Source: an uncultured Planctomycetota bacterium
Lineage (GTDB): Bacteria; Planctomycetota; Phycisphaerae; Tepidisphaerales; Tepidisphaeraceae
Direction of reading: 5' to 3'
Assembly (NCBI GenBank): GCA_963841915.1
Contig: CAWJEN010000006.1
Span: forward strand, 160,001 to 224,000
Length of the DNA stretch: 64,000 nt
A program made the translations under genes and the position numbers. Shown here piece after piece: positions 1 through 12,880 of the stretch. The notes under the pieces were generated by a model. It made no database searches. It was given only the letters and a program-made list of their open reading frames with translations, and was not told where the DNA came from. Each line of letters starts with the position of its first letter. Position 1 is the first letter of the stretch.

Positions 1-891
<891 letters not shown>

Positions 892-1108
892 GGCCGGGTG
901 CCTCCAAAAAGGCGTTTCTGTGTGTGAGGTGAAGTGCGGTTGCCGATACCGGCAGAGGCCGGTGAGGCAGTCGTATCTGGTCTGGGTAGCCGCGTCACGC
1001 GTTGTGACGGGCCGCAGTTATAGGCGTCCCGAACGCCACGCGATGAGATCGTGCGACGAAGCAGAGTCAGGCCACCCGTTCGGGCGGTCCAAACGCCTGC
1101 AAAGGCGA

Positions 1109-1180
1109 AGCTCGCGGAGGGGGTTGAACCCTCGACCTCGTCCTTACCAAGGACGCGCTCTGCCACTGAGCTACGCGAGC
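1109..1180 (-). tRNA. tRNA-Thr(GGT), CCA not encoded
   Basis: Reverse complement GCTCGCGTAGCTCAGTGGCAGAGCGCGTCCTTGGTAAGGACGAGGTCGAGGGTTCAACCCCCTCCGCGAGCT folds as a cloverleaf, anticodon GGT; typical position upstream of tuf. Confidence 0.96.
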
Positions 1181-1569
1181 CAGCGTCGCCAAGTTCTGAC
1201 CGTCAGGCCAAAGCTGGCAACATAAGCCGATGCGAAGACGTCCCGGTGATCGCACCAGGACGCCGCGGGCCGGCCAGTGTAGCGGGCCGCTCCGTCTCGT
1301 CAACGCGGGCCCGGCGCTTCTGCGGCTGTCGGTCCATTCTCCCCCACACGCTGCCCCATCAGGTGTGGCGGCACATCATTCTGAGCCGGCACCCAAACGT
1401 CGACCGACGGCAAGTGTCACGCGCGGACCCTGCCCACGACGCTGCTGACGTCGTATTGGCGTATGACCTTTCCCCTTCTGTTCGACCATCAGGCCAATGT
1501 GCTCGGCGGCTTGGACTTGGTCGGTCCGATGGTCGATCAAAGTCCTGCCGCTACCGCTACGCGTCGTTG

Positions 1570-2510
1570 ATGAATCCACCCGATGTCTCCATCCTGATTT
1601 GCACCCGTGATCGGGCGGAGAGTCTTCGTCAGACCGTCGCCGCCATCGCCGAGGCCGTTACCGCTGCGAAGGGCATTACGTGCGAACTCGTTGTCGTCGA
1701 TGACGGCTCTGAGGATGCCGAAGCCGTTCGAAGTGCGGTTGCCGAAGGTGGCGGTACGGCGCGTTACGTGCGTGGCGAGGGTCGTGGCCTGAGCCTTGCC
1801 CGTGACTTAGCCCTCGCCGAGGCGACAGGTGTCGTCGCTTTGTTCACCGATGACGACGTTCGACCGCGGGACGGCTGGATCGAGAAGATGGCCCGCCCGA
1901 TTCTCGACGGCGCCGACGCGGTGGCCGGTGCCGTTGTCATCGCGCCCGACCTCGAGCGCGACTGGCTCTCGCCCGACGTCCGCATGCTGATGGCCGCGAC
2001 GGACTCGCTCGACTTCCACGACGTCAGCGGCCTCGTCGGCGCGAACATGGCCGTCCGACGTAGCGTCGCCCTGGAGATCGGCTTCGACGAAGAACTCGGG
2101 GCAGGCCGCCTGGCGCAGGGGAAGAGACGCTCTTCTACGCCCAGCTTCGTCATCGGGGGCATGACATTGTCGGTGCCCCTGACGCTGTCGTGGTCCACCA
2201 TTTCGACCCGTCACGGCTGGACCGAGAGGTCCTGCTCAAGCGTGCCCGCATCGCCGGCAAGACATGGGCGTGGTTCAACCATCACGTCCTGCACCAGCCT
2301 CTCCGGCCGACCGTCGCCGGCAGCCTTCGAATGAAGGTGCGGCTGTCATGGATGCACTTGGCCGCACGGTTGGCGGGTCGACATGATCGCGTCACGCCCG
2401 GAGAGCTTCGGCTTTGCAGCGAGGCCGGCTGGATTGATGAGGCCAAGCGGCTTAAGGGAACGCCGCGTCGCTACGCGACGCCGATCAAGCTGCCGAGCGC
2501 AACACGCTGA
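1570..2510 (+). pseudogene. GT2 family glycosyltransferase, frameshifted near 2110-2121 (or sequencing error)
   Basis: MNPPDVSILICTRDR...VVVDDGS...FTDDD...GFDEELGAGR in one frame; the expected continuation GEETLFYAQLRHRGHDIVGAPDAVVVHHFD lies in another frame ending at 2510. Confidence 0.75.
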
Positions 2511-2519
2511 CACGCCCGC

Positions 2520-3087
2520 CTAGCCGCCCGACTGCCAAATGCGGATCGCGTCGATCGGCCACAACAGCATCAGGATGTTCAGCGAGAGGTTGTCACGAAT
2601 GGCGACGACCATCAGCAGCTCGAACATGATGAATACAACAATCGACCACCGCCAGCCGATCGATCTGGCGACGGCGAAGCCGATGACGCAGAACAGCAAG
2701 TCGCCGGCCGCGTTCACCAGCGAGTCGCCCGTGTACCCATTGGCCGCCGTCGCCTCGCGATAGCGGTCAATGACGATCGGCGAATTCTCGAAGATCTCCC
2801 ACACCGCCTCCACCGCCAGGCTGACCACCAGCCGCCACCGCACCGCCAGCTTCGGAAACGACACCGTCAGGATCGAGTAGAAGACGAGCCCGTGCAGGAA
2901 GTGCGAGAAGCTGTACCAGTCGATGAGATGCTGCGAGTTGTGCATCGAAGCGACCTCGCCAGCAAAAAGCGTCGGCGTGCCGCACGCGCAGTACCACACA
3001 CGTCCCAGCAGACGCATCGCCACGCCCACGATCAGCGCAATTGCCACCGCCGACGCCACCGCCAGCCACGAACTCAGGTTTTGCGGC

Positions 3088-3110
<23 letters not shown>
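2520..3110 (-). CDS. DUF2585 (UPF0314) family membrane protein
   Basis: [50 protein letters not shown] motifs. Confidence 0.85.
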
Positions 3111-4152
<1,042 letters not shown>

Positions 4153-4229
4153 GGTGCGGCTTATCATGCCGCCACCGTCCGGCTTCGCCAACCCCAGAGT
4201 CTTCCTAGCGCAGCCCGCGCCGCCACCGC

Positions 4230-5534
4230 ATGAACGCTCAGCTCCACGACGCCCGAAGCGACGCCCTTGCCGTCGTTCGGCAGCTTCGCGACGCGGGGCA
4301 CACGGCATTTTTTGCCGGCGGATGCGTGCGGGACGAATTGTTAGGCCTGACACCCAAGGACTATGACGTTGCGACCGATGCACTGCCGGACCGCGTGCGC
4401 AACGTCTTCGGCAAGCGACGGACAAAGGCCGTTGGGGCGGCATTCGGTGTGGTGCTCGTCAAAGAGGGGACCAGCCAGATCGAGGTCGCGACCTTTCGCG
4501 CCGACGGCAGCTACGCCGACGGCAGAAGGCCCGACAGCGTCCGCTTCACCAACGCCGCCGACGATGCCAGGCGGCGCGACTTTACGATCAACGGCCTATT
4601 CTTTGACCCTCTGGCGAGTGACGACGATGACGGCATCATCGATCACATCGGTGGCAGGCGAGACCTCAAGGCGCGACTCCTTCGGTCCATTGGTGACCCG
4701 CTGCGACGATTCGGCGAGGACTACCTGCGCCTGCTCAGGGCCGTCCGATTTGCGGCACGATTCGACCTGAAGATCGAAGACGCGACGTGGCGGGCGCTGT
4801 CGGATCAGGCGTACCAGATCGCCAACATCACCAACGAGCGGATCGGCGACGAGGTGAAACGGATGCTCGCCCCGCCTTCCCGCGGTAAGGCGTGGCAGCT
4901 TCTGTGGGACAGCGGACTCATTGGCCCGATCTTCCGCGGCCTGCCTGAACCGCCGAGCGACACGCACCCGCACCGCCCCATCACGCGGCAGATCGCCACC
5001 CTGCCGGGTGACATCTCACCGACACTCGCGGTCGCGGCGACGCTTCTTGAACTGACGGGTCAAGCCGGTGCACCGCCGTCGCAGATTCTGTCCCGTGGCG
5101 GCGTCGAGGCGATGACGCGTGTCGGGCGCGACAGCCTCAGGCTCAGCAACGCCGAGACGGTCGCGCTGGAAGCAACGCTGAACGTCTGGCCGTTGCTGGG
5201 CGACGAGCCGTCGGTCGCGTTGCTGCGCCGATTCCTGGCCGTGCCGCAATCGCAGGACGCTCGGCACATCCTGCGGGCGTGCCGACACGACAAGGACCTG
5301 AAGCCGCGAATCGATGTCGTGCTCGAACGCCTTACCAACCTGTCAGAAACGAGCGGAGAAGCGGCTCCCGAACCCTGGGTCCGCGGCGACGACCTCATGC
5401 AGGCCGGCCTCGTGCCCGGGCCGACGTTCAGCATCGCCATCGACGCCGCCTACGACGCGCAACTCGACGGCTCTGCGAAAGATCGCGACGAAGCAATCGC
5501 TATTGCTCTCAGCGCGGCAGCAAATCGAACGTGA
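4230..5534 (+). CDS. cca: CCA tRNA nucleotidyltransferase / poly(A) polymerase family
   Basis: [46 protein letters not shown]. Confidence 0.9.
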   Translation: MNAQLHDARSDALAVVRQLRDAGHTAFFAGGCVRDELLGLTPKDYDVATDALPDRVRNVFGKRRTKAVGAAFGVVLVKEGTSQIEVATFRADGSYADGRRPDSVRFTNAADDARRRDFTINGLFFDPLASDDDDGIIDHIGGRRDLKARLLRSIGDPLRRFGEDYLRLLRAVRFAARFDLKIEDATWRALSDQAYQIANITNERIGDEVKRMLAPPSRGKAWQLLWDSGLIGPIFRGLPEPPSDTHPHRPITRQIATLPGDISPTLAVAATLLELTGQAGAPPSQILSRGGVEAMTRVGRDSLRLSNAETVALEATLNVWPLLGDEPSVALLRRFLAVPQSQDARHILRACRHDKDLKPRIDVVLERLTNLSETSGEAAPEPWVRGDDLMQAGLVPGPTFSIAIDAAYDAQLDGSAKDRDEAIAIALSAAANRT

Positions 5535-6261
5535 CGCTGAGGGTCGCCGACAGCTTCTCGCGACCGGCAGGCATGGCATCACGACCGACCGCGATTGTCG
5601 CCCCTTCAGATAATCTGTTGTTCACCATCGGCCCGTAGCCGCCTGCTTCGACGATCTTGCGGACGGGTCCGAGATCGCAGTCGAGCCGGTCGGCCAGCCG
5701 CGTCGCTTTTTCGCGTGCCGCATCGGCTGCCAGGTCGCGGGCCTCGTCAAGCTTCTCGCGGCTGTCGACGACGCCGTAGTTCGGGCCGTCAAGCTGGTTG
5801 GCACCGTTGCCAAGCCCGTCGCGAATCATCTGCGGGACCTTCTCCAGACTGTTCACCCGCACGGTGTATTGCCGCGTCACGCGGTAGCCGACGATCGTCA
5901 ATGGCCTTACGGAGTCGCGGTCGCCCCGGTCGTACTGCGGCGACACGTCCATCTGCGTCGTCGAGACTTCGCCTTCTTCTGCGCCGGCCTGCTTCAACGC
6001 CGCAAGAAGCGTCCGTCCTCGCTGATCGTTGTCCGCCACCGCAGCGGCCAGGTCAGCGTCGGCCGAAACAACGCCGAAAGTCAGCACCGCCACGTCCGGC
6101 TCTGCAAAGACCTCAGCCGTTCCGTTGACGCTGACCGTCCGAACCTGCGTCGTCGCCTCCTCAGCCATGGGCTGGGCGTGACCCGTCGACACCAGCCACG
6201 AGCCTGCGAGCAACGGGACAAGGACGAGCGACGCGACAAGTTTCTTCGACATGTCACGCAT
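5509..6261 (-). CDS. SIMPL (DUF541) domain secreted protein
   Basis: Signal peptide; TVSVNGTAEVFAEPDVA; AREKATRLA; terminal LSVTFDL. Confidence 0.85.
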   Translation of the reverse strand: MRDMSKKLVASLVLVPLLAGSWLVSTGHAQPMAEEATTQVRTVSVNGTAEVFAEPDVAVLTFGVVSADADLAAAVADNDQRGRTLLAALKQAGAEEGEVSTTQMDVSPQYDRGDRDSVRPLTIVGYRVTRQYTVRVNSLEKVPQMIRDGLGNGANQLDGPNYGVVDSREKLDEARDLAADAAREKATRLADRLDCDLGPVRKIVEAGGYGPMVNNRLSEGATIAVGRDAMPAGREKLSATLSVTFDLLPR

Positions 6262-6284
6262 CGTCGCGATCTATCAAAGCAATC

Positions 6285-6980
6285 TCAAGCATGATGGCAC
6301 AGCCGGGCATCGAGATGCGCCGGCACCGCGTCGGCCGGGCCGTCGTAGCGGACATCGCGGTCGAGATACAACAGCCGATCCGACAGCCGCATGGCAGCGA
6401 GATGGTCGTGCGTGTTGACGACGAAGGCGGTTCCGAGTCGGCTGCGGGCAAGCGTGAGCGTCTCGACGAGGCGATCGACTGCCGCCGGCGCAAGGCCGAG
6501 CGTCGGCTCATCGAGGAGCACGAGCGACGGCCGGTGAGCCAGTGCGCGGGCGACCACAACGAGCTGATGCTGACCGCCTGACAGTTCGCGGAGCGGTTGA
6601 TCGAGATCGACATCTGACAGCGCAACGTCGATCAGCTCGCGCCGCCACGCGTCGTCGCCAGGGCGGGCGGCAAGCTTGAGCATTTGGCGGCCTGTGATTG
6701 GTAAAACGCCCGGCGGTTCGGCCCGCTGCGGGACGTAACCGAGTCGCTGCCCCCGGACTGCGACGTCGGGGGTCGAGTCGCCGACCGTGATCGTGCCGTG
6801 CTCGATCGGGATCGAACCGAGAACAGCCAGGGCAAGCGTCGTCTTACCACCGCCGTTGGGGCCGGCGACGGCGAGGCAGCCACCGGGTTCAACCGCAAGC
6901 GAAACGCCACGCAGTACCTCACGGCCGCCCCGGCGGACGGTCAAGTCGCTGACGCGAAGGGCGTTGCTGGCGTCGCTCAT
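6285..6980 (-). CDS. Metal (Zn/Mn) ABC transporter ATP-binding protein, ZnuC-like
   Basis: GPNGGGKT, LGYVPQR, LSGGQ, LLDEP; His-containing C-terminus. Confidence 0.8.
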   Translation of the reverse strand: MSDASNALRVSDLTVRRGGREVLRGVSLAVEPGGCLAVAGPNGGGKTTLALAVLGSIPIEHGTITVGDSTPDVAVRGQRLGYVPQRAEPPGVLPITGRQMLKLAARPGDDAWRRELIDVALSDVDLDQPLRELSGGQHQLVVVARALAHRPSLVLLDEPTLGLAPAAVDRLVETLTLARSRLGTAFVVNTHDHLAAMRLSDRLLYLDRDVRYDGPADAVPAHLDARLCHHA

Positions 6981-8134
6981 CGGCCGACCGGCACGATCGC
7001 GGGACGCTCGCCCAAAGGCAGCTCGGCGATGAGCAGCAATCGGCCGTCATTGCCCGGCCGCGCCTGAATCGCTCCGCCGCCGGACACCGTGCCGGCTACA
7101 TCAATCGCGCCACTGATGTCGCCTGTCTCACGGGCCGCTGCAACAACGGTGAACAGGTCGCGGATCGCCCGCTGACGAAACTCCAGCTCGTACGCCTCCC
7201 GCGGCGACACGAGCGAATAACGGCTCAGCCACAGCGAGTCACGCTCGTGGCCTGCCTCCCACTCTTCGAGAAACTCCCGCATCTTCGCAGGCTCGCCACG
7301 CAACTTGGCCAGCTCGACTTCGACGTCGAAGTACAGCTCGTACTCGCCGATGAGCTGCTCGCGACGCTCGGGATCGGCCCACTCTTTCCGCCACACCTCG
7401 ACCTCATCGGCGGCGATGCCGCGTCGCTCGGCCAGCAACGGAACAAAATTGGGCAGATCGTCGGTCTGTCGCATGTAGACGGCCAGTGCCTTGCCTTCTT
7501 GACCGGTGACGACGGCGAAGTCCTGCAACGGCGGCAGGTCGGCCAGATCGCGAAGCGTCTGCGGCGTGATGCTGCCGCTTCGCCCGGCGACCGTCTGCCG
7601 AATCACCGCGTCGGCGTTGGCGGCAGAGAACCAGTAAGCCGTCGACTCACCGGCCGACAACGGCACGAGCAGACCGGCCACTGCCGTTGCGTGACGGGCG
7701 GCCTCGTTGGCCTTCTCCTCGGTGTCGGCGACCGCTTCGGACAAACCGGCCAACGCCGCAGAAACGAGCGGGTTGATGCCTGCCGAAAAAGGTCTTGGGG
7801 CGGCGGCGCTGACGTCGGCCGTCGGTGGCTCGACCGCCTCGAGGTCCAGCTCGCCCGCCCGGACGAACAGCGGCTTGAAGACTTCCAACGCCTCGACGGC
7901 CGCGTCGGCGTTGTCGGCGTCAACCCGCGGGCCACGGGCGATGGCCTGCTGTTGCGACTCCGACAAGTTCGTGAACACGTCGGCTGCGTCGGTTAGCAGT
8001 TCCTCCAGCGGCGTCAGATTTGCAGGACGCGTTGCCGGTGCGGTCGCGGGAACCGTCGTCGACTGGGCACGCGCAGGCGACGCAAAGAGTGTCGCGGCGA
8101 CAGCAGCTGTGAGGAAACGCTTCATGACCGGCAT
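6977..8134 (-). CDS. Hypothetical secreted protein
   Basis: Long ORF with signal peptide (MKRFLTAAVAATLFASPARA); 4-bp overlap with the downstream gene. Confidence 0.7.
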   Translation of the reverse strand: MPVMKRFLTAAVAATLFASPARAQSTTVPATAPATRPANLTPLEELLTDAADVFTNLSESQQQAIARGPRVDADNADAAVEALEVFKPLFVRAGELDLEAVEPPTADVSAAAPRPFSAGINPLVSAALAGLSEAVADTEEKANEAARHATAVAGLLVPLSAGESTAYWFSAANADAVIRQTVAGRSGSITPQTLRDLADLPPLQDFAVVTGQEGKALAVYMRQTDDLPNFVPLLAERRGIAADEVEVWRKEWADPERREQLIGEYELYFDVEVELAKLRGEPAKMREFLEEWEAGHERDSLWLSRYSLVSPREAYELEFRQRAIRDLFTVVAAARETGDISGAIDVAGTVSGGGAIQARPGNDGRLLLIAELPLGERPAIVPVGR

Positions 8135-8199
8135 CACCGACCGTACGGGGCAAAGTCGCAGCAGGTCACCGGAGCAAGCTTGCAGCGGCTTTCGTGGCG

Positions 8200-8745
8200 T
8201 CAGGCCCCTTTGCCCGCTTCGGGAGGAAGCTCGGGTTCATCGATCTCCGTCAGGTCCTGCGCCAGACGCCCCAGGAAGAACTGCAACTCGTTCGCCGCCA
8301 CAGCGCACGGCAGCGGGTCGCGTAGGTCGTACTGATGGTGGTGATCCTCGGCCGTGTCCTGGTCGCGGCGTTCGCCCTCGGTGATGATGTGGTGCTCGAA
8401 AGTCACTGCATCTTCATGGCTCTGCATGATGACCAGTTCGCCCCACCGCCAGGCAAGGTGGATGCGGATCGACAATTGGTTGCCCCACGTGCTGACGCGG
8501 TGTACTACGCGGTCTCGAGCGAGCATCGACGTCAGGGCGTCGACGCTTGGGAAAACGCAGGTCTTAAGGAACGTGGTGTAGTTGTCGTTGAACTCCCGCA
8601 GCCGCTCGACGGCTTCACGTTCGGCTGCGAGCTTCTCGTCGGGCACCTCGATGAACGGGTGAACGCGACCGAGCCACCATTTGGTGAAGCCGCCGTCCAT
8701 GCCCGAGGCGATGTCTTTGTTGTCTTTGCCACCGGATTTAGACAT
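8200..8745 (-). CDS. Hypothetical protein
   Basis: ORF with natural composition; TATAGT 7 nt before ATG at 8745. Confidence 0.7.
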   Translation of the reverse strand: MSKSGGKDNKDIASGMDGGFTKWWLGRVHPFIEVPDEKLAAEREAVERLREFNDNYTTFLKTCVFPSVDALTSMLARDRVVHRVSTWGNQLSIRIHLAWRWGELVIMQSHEDAVTFEHHIITEGERRDQDTAEDHHHQYDLRDPLPCAVAANELQFFLGRLAQDLTEIDEPELPPEAGKGA

Positions 8746-8753
8746 GGCCCGCA

Positions 8754-9785
8754 CTATACCGGCGTCTGCACGTCGTGCCCGAATGCGCCGCCGATGACGT
8801 GCCGGAGCACGTTCGCCGCCAGAATCGGCTGGGCAACATCGGCCGGGTGCAGGTCGTCGGGCATAAGCGTCTTCATATCCGAGCCTGAGGGAATGCTGTC
8901 GGGCCCGAAGATCGAAAGACCGTCGACGTAGTGCAGCGCTTCGTCGCCGCGATTCTGAAGCCGCTTGACAACATCGCCGACGACCCGCCGCATATCGACG
9001 AGCGTCAGATCCAGGACCGCTTCGTTCTCACGCGGCGGCGAAAAAATCGGACTGATGAGACACAACGGCGTGTCCGGGTGGCCCTCACGGATGGTCTCGA
9101 TCGTGCCGAACAGTGCCGCCAGGAAAGACCTCGAGTTGAGCGTTCCGGCGTTGTGCAGGTTGATGCCGGCACAGATCGAAATGAAGTCGGCCGGCTGGCT
9201 GCGGATCACGCGGGCGACCATTGGGTCGAGGTGACATTCGCCGCCGAAGCCGAGACACGTCAGGTCGAGCCCTGCCTCCGTGGCCACCCGTGCCGGCCAG
9301 GTGCGGGTTGGCCCAGTCGCGTCGCTGCAGTGGGTGATGGAGCTGCCATAGGTGAGCCAGCGTGGCTGCTCGTCATCGTCGGGCCGGCCGGTCTTGGCTT
9401 GGCTCGGCAGCTCGATTCCACGGACGACACTTGTGCCGATCTGCGGCAGCCAGACCGACAGTGTCCGCCTGCCCTCGCCGGGCAGCTTGCAGTGTTGGCC
9501 TGGAACCACATCAACGACCTCGCCGCCGTCGAGCACCTGGGCAGGCCGCGTTTCCTCGCCGGCCGGCAGGTCGGCATCGAGCATCAGCCAGGTCGCATCG
9601 GTCGACAGCTCGATCCGAACGCCTGCCGCCATTTCAGCCTTCTCATTGACGCCCGGGAACAATTCCCGATCCAGATACGGGATACGCCACGGCTTGATCG
9701 CGTCGCCCATCGGCTCGAGGCTGATGTGTCCCCTCCACCGCAGTCGCGGGTCGGTGGCGGCAACGAATTGCGTGGCATCTGGCAT
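8754..9785 (-). CDS. SGNH/GDSL hydrolase family protein
   Basis: YGSSITH, LGFGG, GINL, DDLHP blocks. Confidence 0.88.
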   Translation of the reverse strand: MPDATQFVAATDPRLRWRGHISLEPMGDAIKPWRIPYLDRELFPGVNEKAEMAAGVRIELSTDATWLMLDADLPAGEETRPAQVLDGGEVVDVVPGQHCKLPGEGRRTLSVWLPQIGTSVVRGIELPSQAKTGRPDDDEQPRWLTYGSSITHCSDATGPTRTWPARVATEAGLDLTCLGFGGECHLDPMVARVIRSQPADFISICAGINLHNAGTLNSRSFLAALFGTIETIREGHPDTPLCLISPIFSPPRENEAVLDLTLVDMRRVVGDVVKRLQNRGDEALHYVDGLSIFGPDSIPSGSDMKTLMPDDLHPADVAQPILAANVLRHVIGGAFGHDVQTPV

Positions 9786-9804
9786 GGCCGCCAGTGTAGA
9801 AGCC

Positions 9805-10953
9805 TCACAGGTTTTCGACGGCTTCGAGCAGTTCGTCGACACGGTGCCCGCACGTGTGCCGAGCCTTGATCGTCTCGAGCCCTTGAGCCGCCAGGTCGGA
9901 CGCCAGCGAGGGCTCGCGGACGATGCGGCGAAGTTGCTCGGTCATGCCCGCGGGGCTGTCGACCATGAGAAAGTCGCGGCCGATCGTGAAGAGGCCTTCG
10001 GTGTCCTTCCACGGTGCCGACACGAGCGGCAAGCCGCACGCCAACGCTTCGAAGACGCGGATCGTCGGAATGCCCGGCAGGTGCGTGACGTACCATCGCC
10101 TTGGCACGTGGGCGGTCATCTTGTGCTTGGCAAAGAGTGCCGGTGCCTCCTGGTTCGGCACGTAGCCCTTGAACGAAAGCCCCGCCGCCTCGACCGCCGC
10201 CTTGCCTTCGTCGGGATACCGCACGCCACGAATTTCACCGCTCAAGCCCAGCGACTGTGCCGGGTCGAGCAGGTAGTCGTGCAGCTCTTTGGTCCGTTCA
10301 CCGTCACCCCAGTTGCCGACCCAGACGAGGTCGCGTTGCGGGTCGCGTGCTTCGGGCGTGAACTTGCGGATGTCTGCCGCCTCGTGCCATGTGACGACGC
10401 GGCCTGGATCCCAGCCGCGTTTGAGGTAGGCCTCACGCAGCACCTCGCCGAACACGAGCACGCCGTCGTAGTTGGAGATGTCGAACCGTGCCATTTTCTC
10501 GGGTTCGCTGACGGCCCGGTGGTGCGTGTCGTGGAACCAAAGCTGGTAGTTTGCCCCGGCCTTGCGGTGCCTGCCGATTGCCGCCACGACGGACGGCGGC
10601 GTCCATTCGTGAACGACGACCACGTCGATGCCCTTGAGCCGATCGTCGAGCGATAGCGCAGCCTCGGCCGCTTCGACATCGGCATGATCCGGGTCGGCAA
10701 ACGTACCGGATCGACCACCGACATTGAACGTCTTGGCGACGCCCGCCAGAGACGGATACGCCGCCTCGAACGTCAACTTGGCATCAACGCCTTCGACCGA
10801 CTCGAGGTGGTACGTCGACCAGTTGTTTTGTTGCTCGTGCGTATCGAGCGTGTGTCCACGCGCGACGATCTCACTGCACACGCCTCGCAGAAAGTGTGCG
10901 TTTCCATGGTTCCAGTCTGAGGCGAGCGCGTGGACGAAGAAGGCGAAGTTCAC
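9805..10953 (-). CDS. CgeB/YkvP family glycosyltransferase
   Basis: SDWNHGNAHFLRG, HDTHHRA, GNWGDGERT, IRVFEALACG. Confidence 0.85.
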   Translation of the reverse strand: MNFAFFVHALASDWNHGNAHFLRGVCSEIVARGHTLDTHEQQNNWSTYHLESVEGVDAKLTFEAAYPSLAGVAKTFNVGGRSGTFADPDHADVEAAEAALSLDDRLKGIDVVVVHEWTPPSVVAAIGRHRKAGANYQLWFHDTHHRAVSEPEKMARFDISNYDGVLVFGEVLREAYLKRGWDPGRVVTWHEAADIRKFTPEARDPQRDLVWVGNWGDGERTKELHDYLLDPAQSLGLSGEIRGVRYPDEGKAAVEAAGLSFKGYVPNQEAPALFAKHKMTAHVPRRWYVTHLPGIPTIRVFEALACGLPLVSAPWKDTEGLFTIGRDFLMVDSPAGMTEQLRRIVREPSLASDLAAQGLETIKARHTCGHRVDELLEAVENL

Positions 10954-11007
10954 GCACGCACCGTAGAACGAGACGATGCTTTTGGCTTCGTCGCATAAGC
11001 TTGCGAC

Positions 11008-12147
11008 ATGCCCGAGGACACCGACCTTTCACTGCTGATCGACCTCTGTTCGCTTCCGACGGCGGCGTTTCTTGAAGATGCGGTCGTGGCGTACGTCGAC
11101 GCCTGGGCCAAACGCCGACGCAACCTCACGCTCGAGACAGACACCCACGGCAATCGGTTGCTCAGCACAGCCGGTGACGGGCCACGCACCGTCTTCGTCG
11201 CACACTGCGATCACCCTGCGTTCGTGAGCGGCGAGACCGACAAGAAGGGCCGCCTGCACGCAGAGTTTCGCGGCGGCGTCATGGCCGAGTGCTGCGTGAA
11301 GGGGACGAAAGTCCGATTTGGTGACGCGGTCGCCCGCGTTCGCAAAGCCACCGCCGATGACAACAAGCGGCTCGTCGCGGCAACGTTTGACGTTCCGGAA
11401 GGTAAGCAAGTTGCCGCCGGCTTGCCGGGCATGTTCGACTTCGGCAAGCCATTCGCGAAGGTCAAGAAGAAGCGGCTCGTCGCCCGCGCCTGCGATGATC
11501 TGGCCGGCTTGGCCGCCTGCCTGGAAGCGCTCGACCACTGCCGCAGTCGGCCCAGGTCACCAGTCGCGGTGCTCGTGACACGGGCCGAGGAAGTCGGCTT
11601 CATCGGTGCCATCGCCGCCGCCAAAGACGGCCGCAAGGGGTTGCTGCGTCGCGACGACCGCGTCATCAGCATCGAAACGAGCAGCGCCCAAGCCGCCGCT
11701 CCGATCGGTGGCGGGTGCGTCTTGCGGGTCGGGGATCGCACGAGCGTGTTCCACAGCGGCCTGACGGACTACATCCATCAACGGTGCTTGGCGCTGGCCA
11801 AGGAGGACAAGTCGTTCAAGTTCCGCCGAGCGCTTATGCCGGGCGGCACGTGTGAGGCGACGGCCTTCGACGCCTTCGGCCACATCGCCTCGGCCGCGTG
11901 TGTGCCGTTGGGTAGCTACCACAACATGAACCGCGACAAGAAGCGCATGGCTGCCGAGGAGATCGACCTGAACGACTGGCGCAATCTCGTCAAGATGCTC
12001 ACCAACGTCGGCCGCCACGCCGACACCTTCGACGGAAAGCCGACCGAGCTGCGTCGTCGCATGACCGAGCGGTTCAACGGGCACAAGCACCTGTTCGTCG
12101 AGCCGGCCGGCCATCTCGACAAGGCCAGCGGTCCCGGTGCCGACTGA
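11008..12147 (+). CDS. M20/M28/M42-like Zn metallopeptidase
   Basis: AHCDH, ACDDLAG, AEEVG, GGTCEA, YHN metal-site motifs. Confidence 0.8.
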   Translation: MPEDTDLSLLIDLCSLPTAAFLEDAVVAYVDAWAKRRRNLTLETDTHGNRLLSTAGDGPRTVFVAHCDHPAFVSGETDKKGRLHAEFRGGVMAECCVKGTKVRFGDAVARVRKATADDNKRLVAATFDVPEGKQVAAGLPGMFDFGKPFAKVKKKRLVARACDDLAGLAACLEALDHCRSRPRSPVAVLVTRAEEVGFIGAIAAAKDGRKGLLRRDDRVISIETSSAQAAAPIGGGCVLRVGDRTSVFHSGLTDYIHQRCLALAKEDKSFKFRRALMPGGTCEATAFDAFGHIASAACVPLGSYHNMNRDKKRMAAEEIDLNDWRNLVKMLTNVGRHADTFDGKPTELRRRMTERFNGHKHLFVEPAGHLDKASGPGAD

Positions 12148-12310
12148 CGATCGAACATCACGCGACGGTCGGCCTTATCACCAGTGGCAACCTGCAGTTT
12201 ATCGCACCCGGCAGTCAATAATCGCTGTTCGTTGGATAAAGCTGCATCGTGCATCTCCCGATTTAGTTGTGTCGCCTTCATCGCCGGGCGACTTCATCTG
12301 GGAGACACTT

Positions 12311-12805
12311 ATGCAAGAGAACACGTATCGATCAGGATTTGAGGGTCTGATGCTTGCCGGTGGTGACGGAGGCGGTGGTGGTGGTAGCGGAGCGGATCGT
12401 CGGCGAAGTCAACGCCTCGGCACTCGGCGACTTGTAACTGCCGCACGCATTCGAAACGGCATGGCGCAGCTCATCGACCTACAGCTACGCGACGTCAGTC
12501 TGCACGGCCTGGGCGGCGTCACCAACGCAGGCGGGCTCAACGTCGGCGACCGGTTTACTGCCGCCCTGCCTCATCCGGACGGCGGCAGCGAGTCGTCAGG
12601 GTTTCGGCACGAGCGGATGCTCATGGCGGGGCTGCGGGTGACGCGGGTACGTGTGCTGGGAGGAGGCCGCAAACGCGTCGGAGCTGAACTCGTCTCCTGC
12701 TCCACGCAAGCGTTCGACAGCTTCGGCCCACCGGACGACGATCAAAGGTCGTTGTTCTGCCGAGCGATCGACGCGGCGACAACGCCCCTGCGTCGGGCGG
12801 CGTGA
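12311..12805 (+). CDS. PilZ domain protein
   Basis: RRSQR (RxxxR) and DVSLHG (DxSxxG) c-di-GMP motifs; GGAGA RBS. Confidence 0.75.
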   Translation: MQENTYRSGFEGLMLAGGDGGGGGGSGADRRRSQRLGTRRLVTAARIRNGMAQLIDLQLRDVSLHGLGGVTNAGGLNVGDRFTAALPHPDGGSESSGFRHERMLMAGLRVTRVRVLGGGRKRVGAELVSCSTQAFDSFGPPDDDQRSLFCRAIDAATTPLRRAA

Positions 12806-12880
12806 CTACCGGACGGTGCTTTTCCACCGTTTGCCCTCACTTTGTGCGGCGAGCTGTCGATAAGTGCCGGTCAGCAGAGG

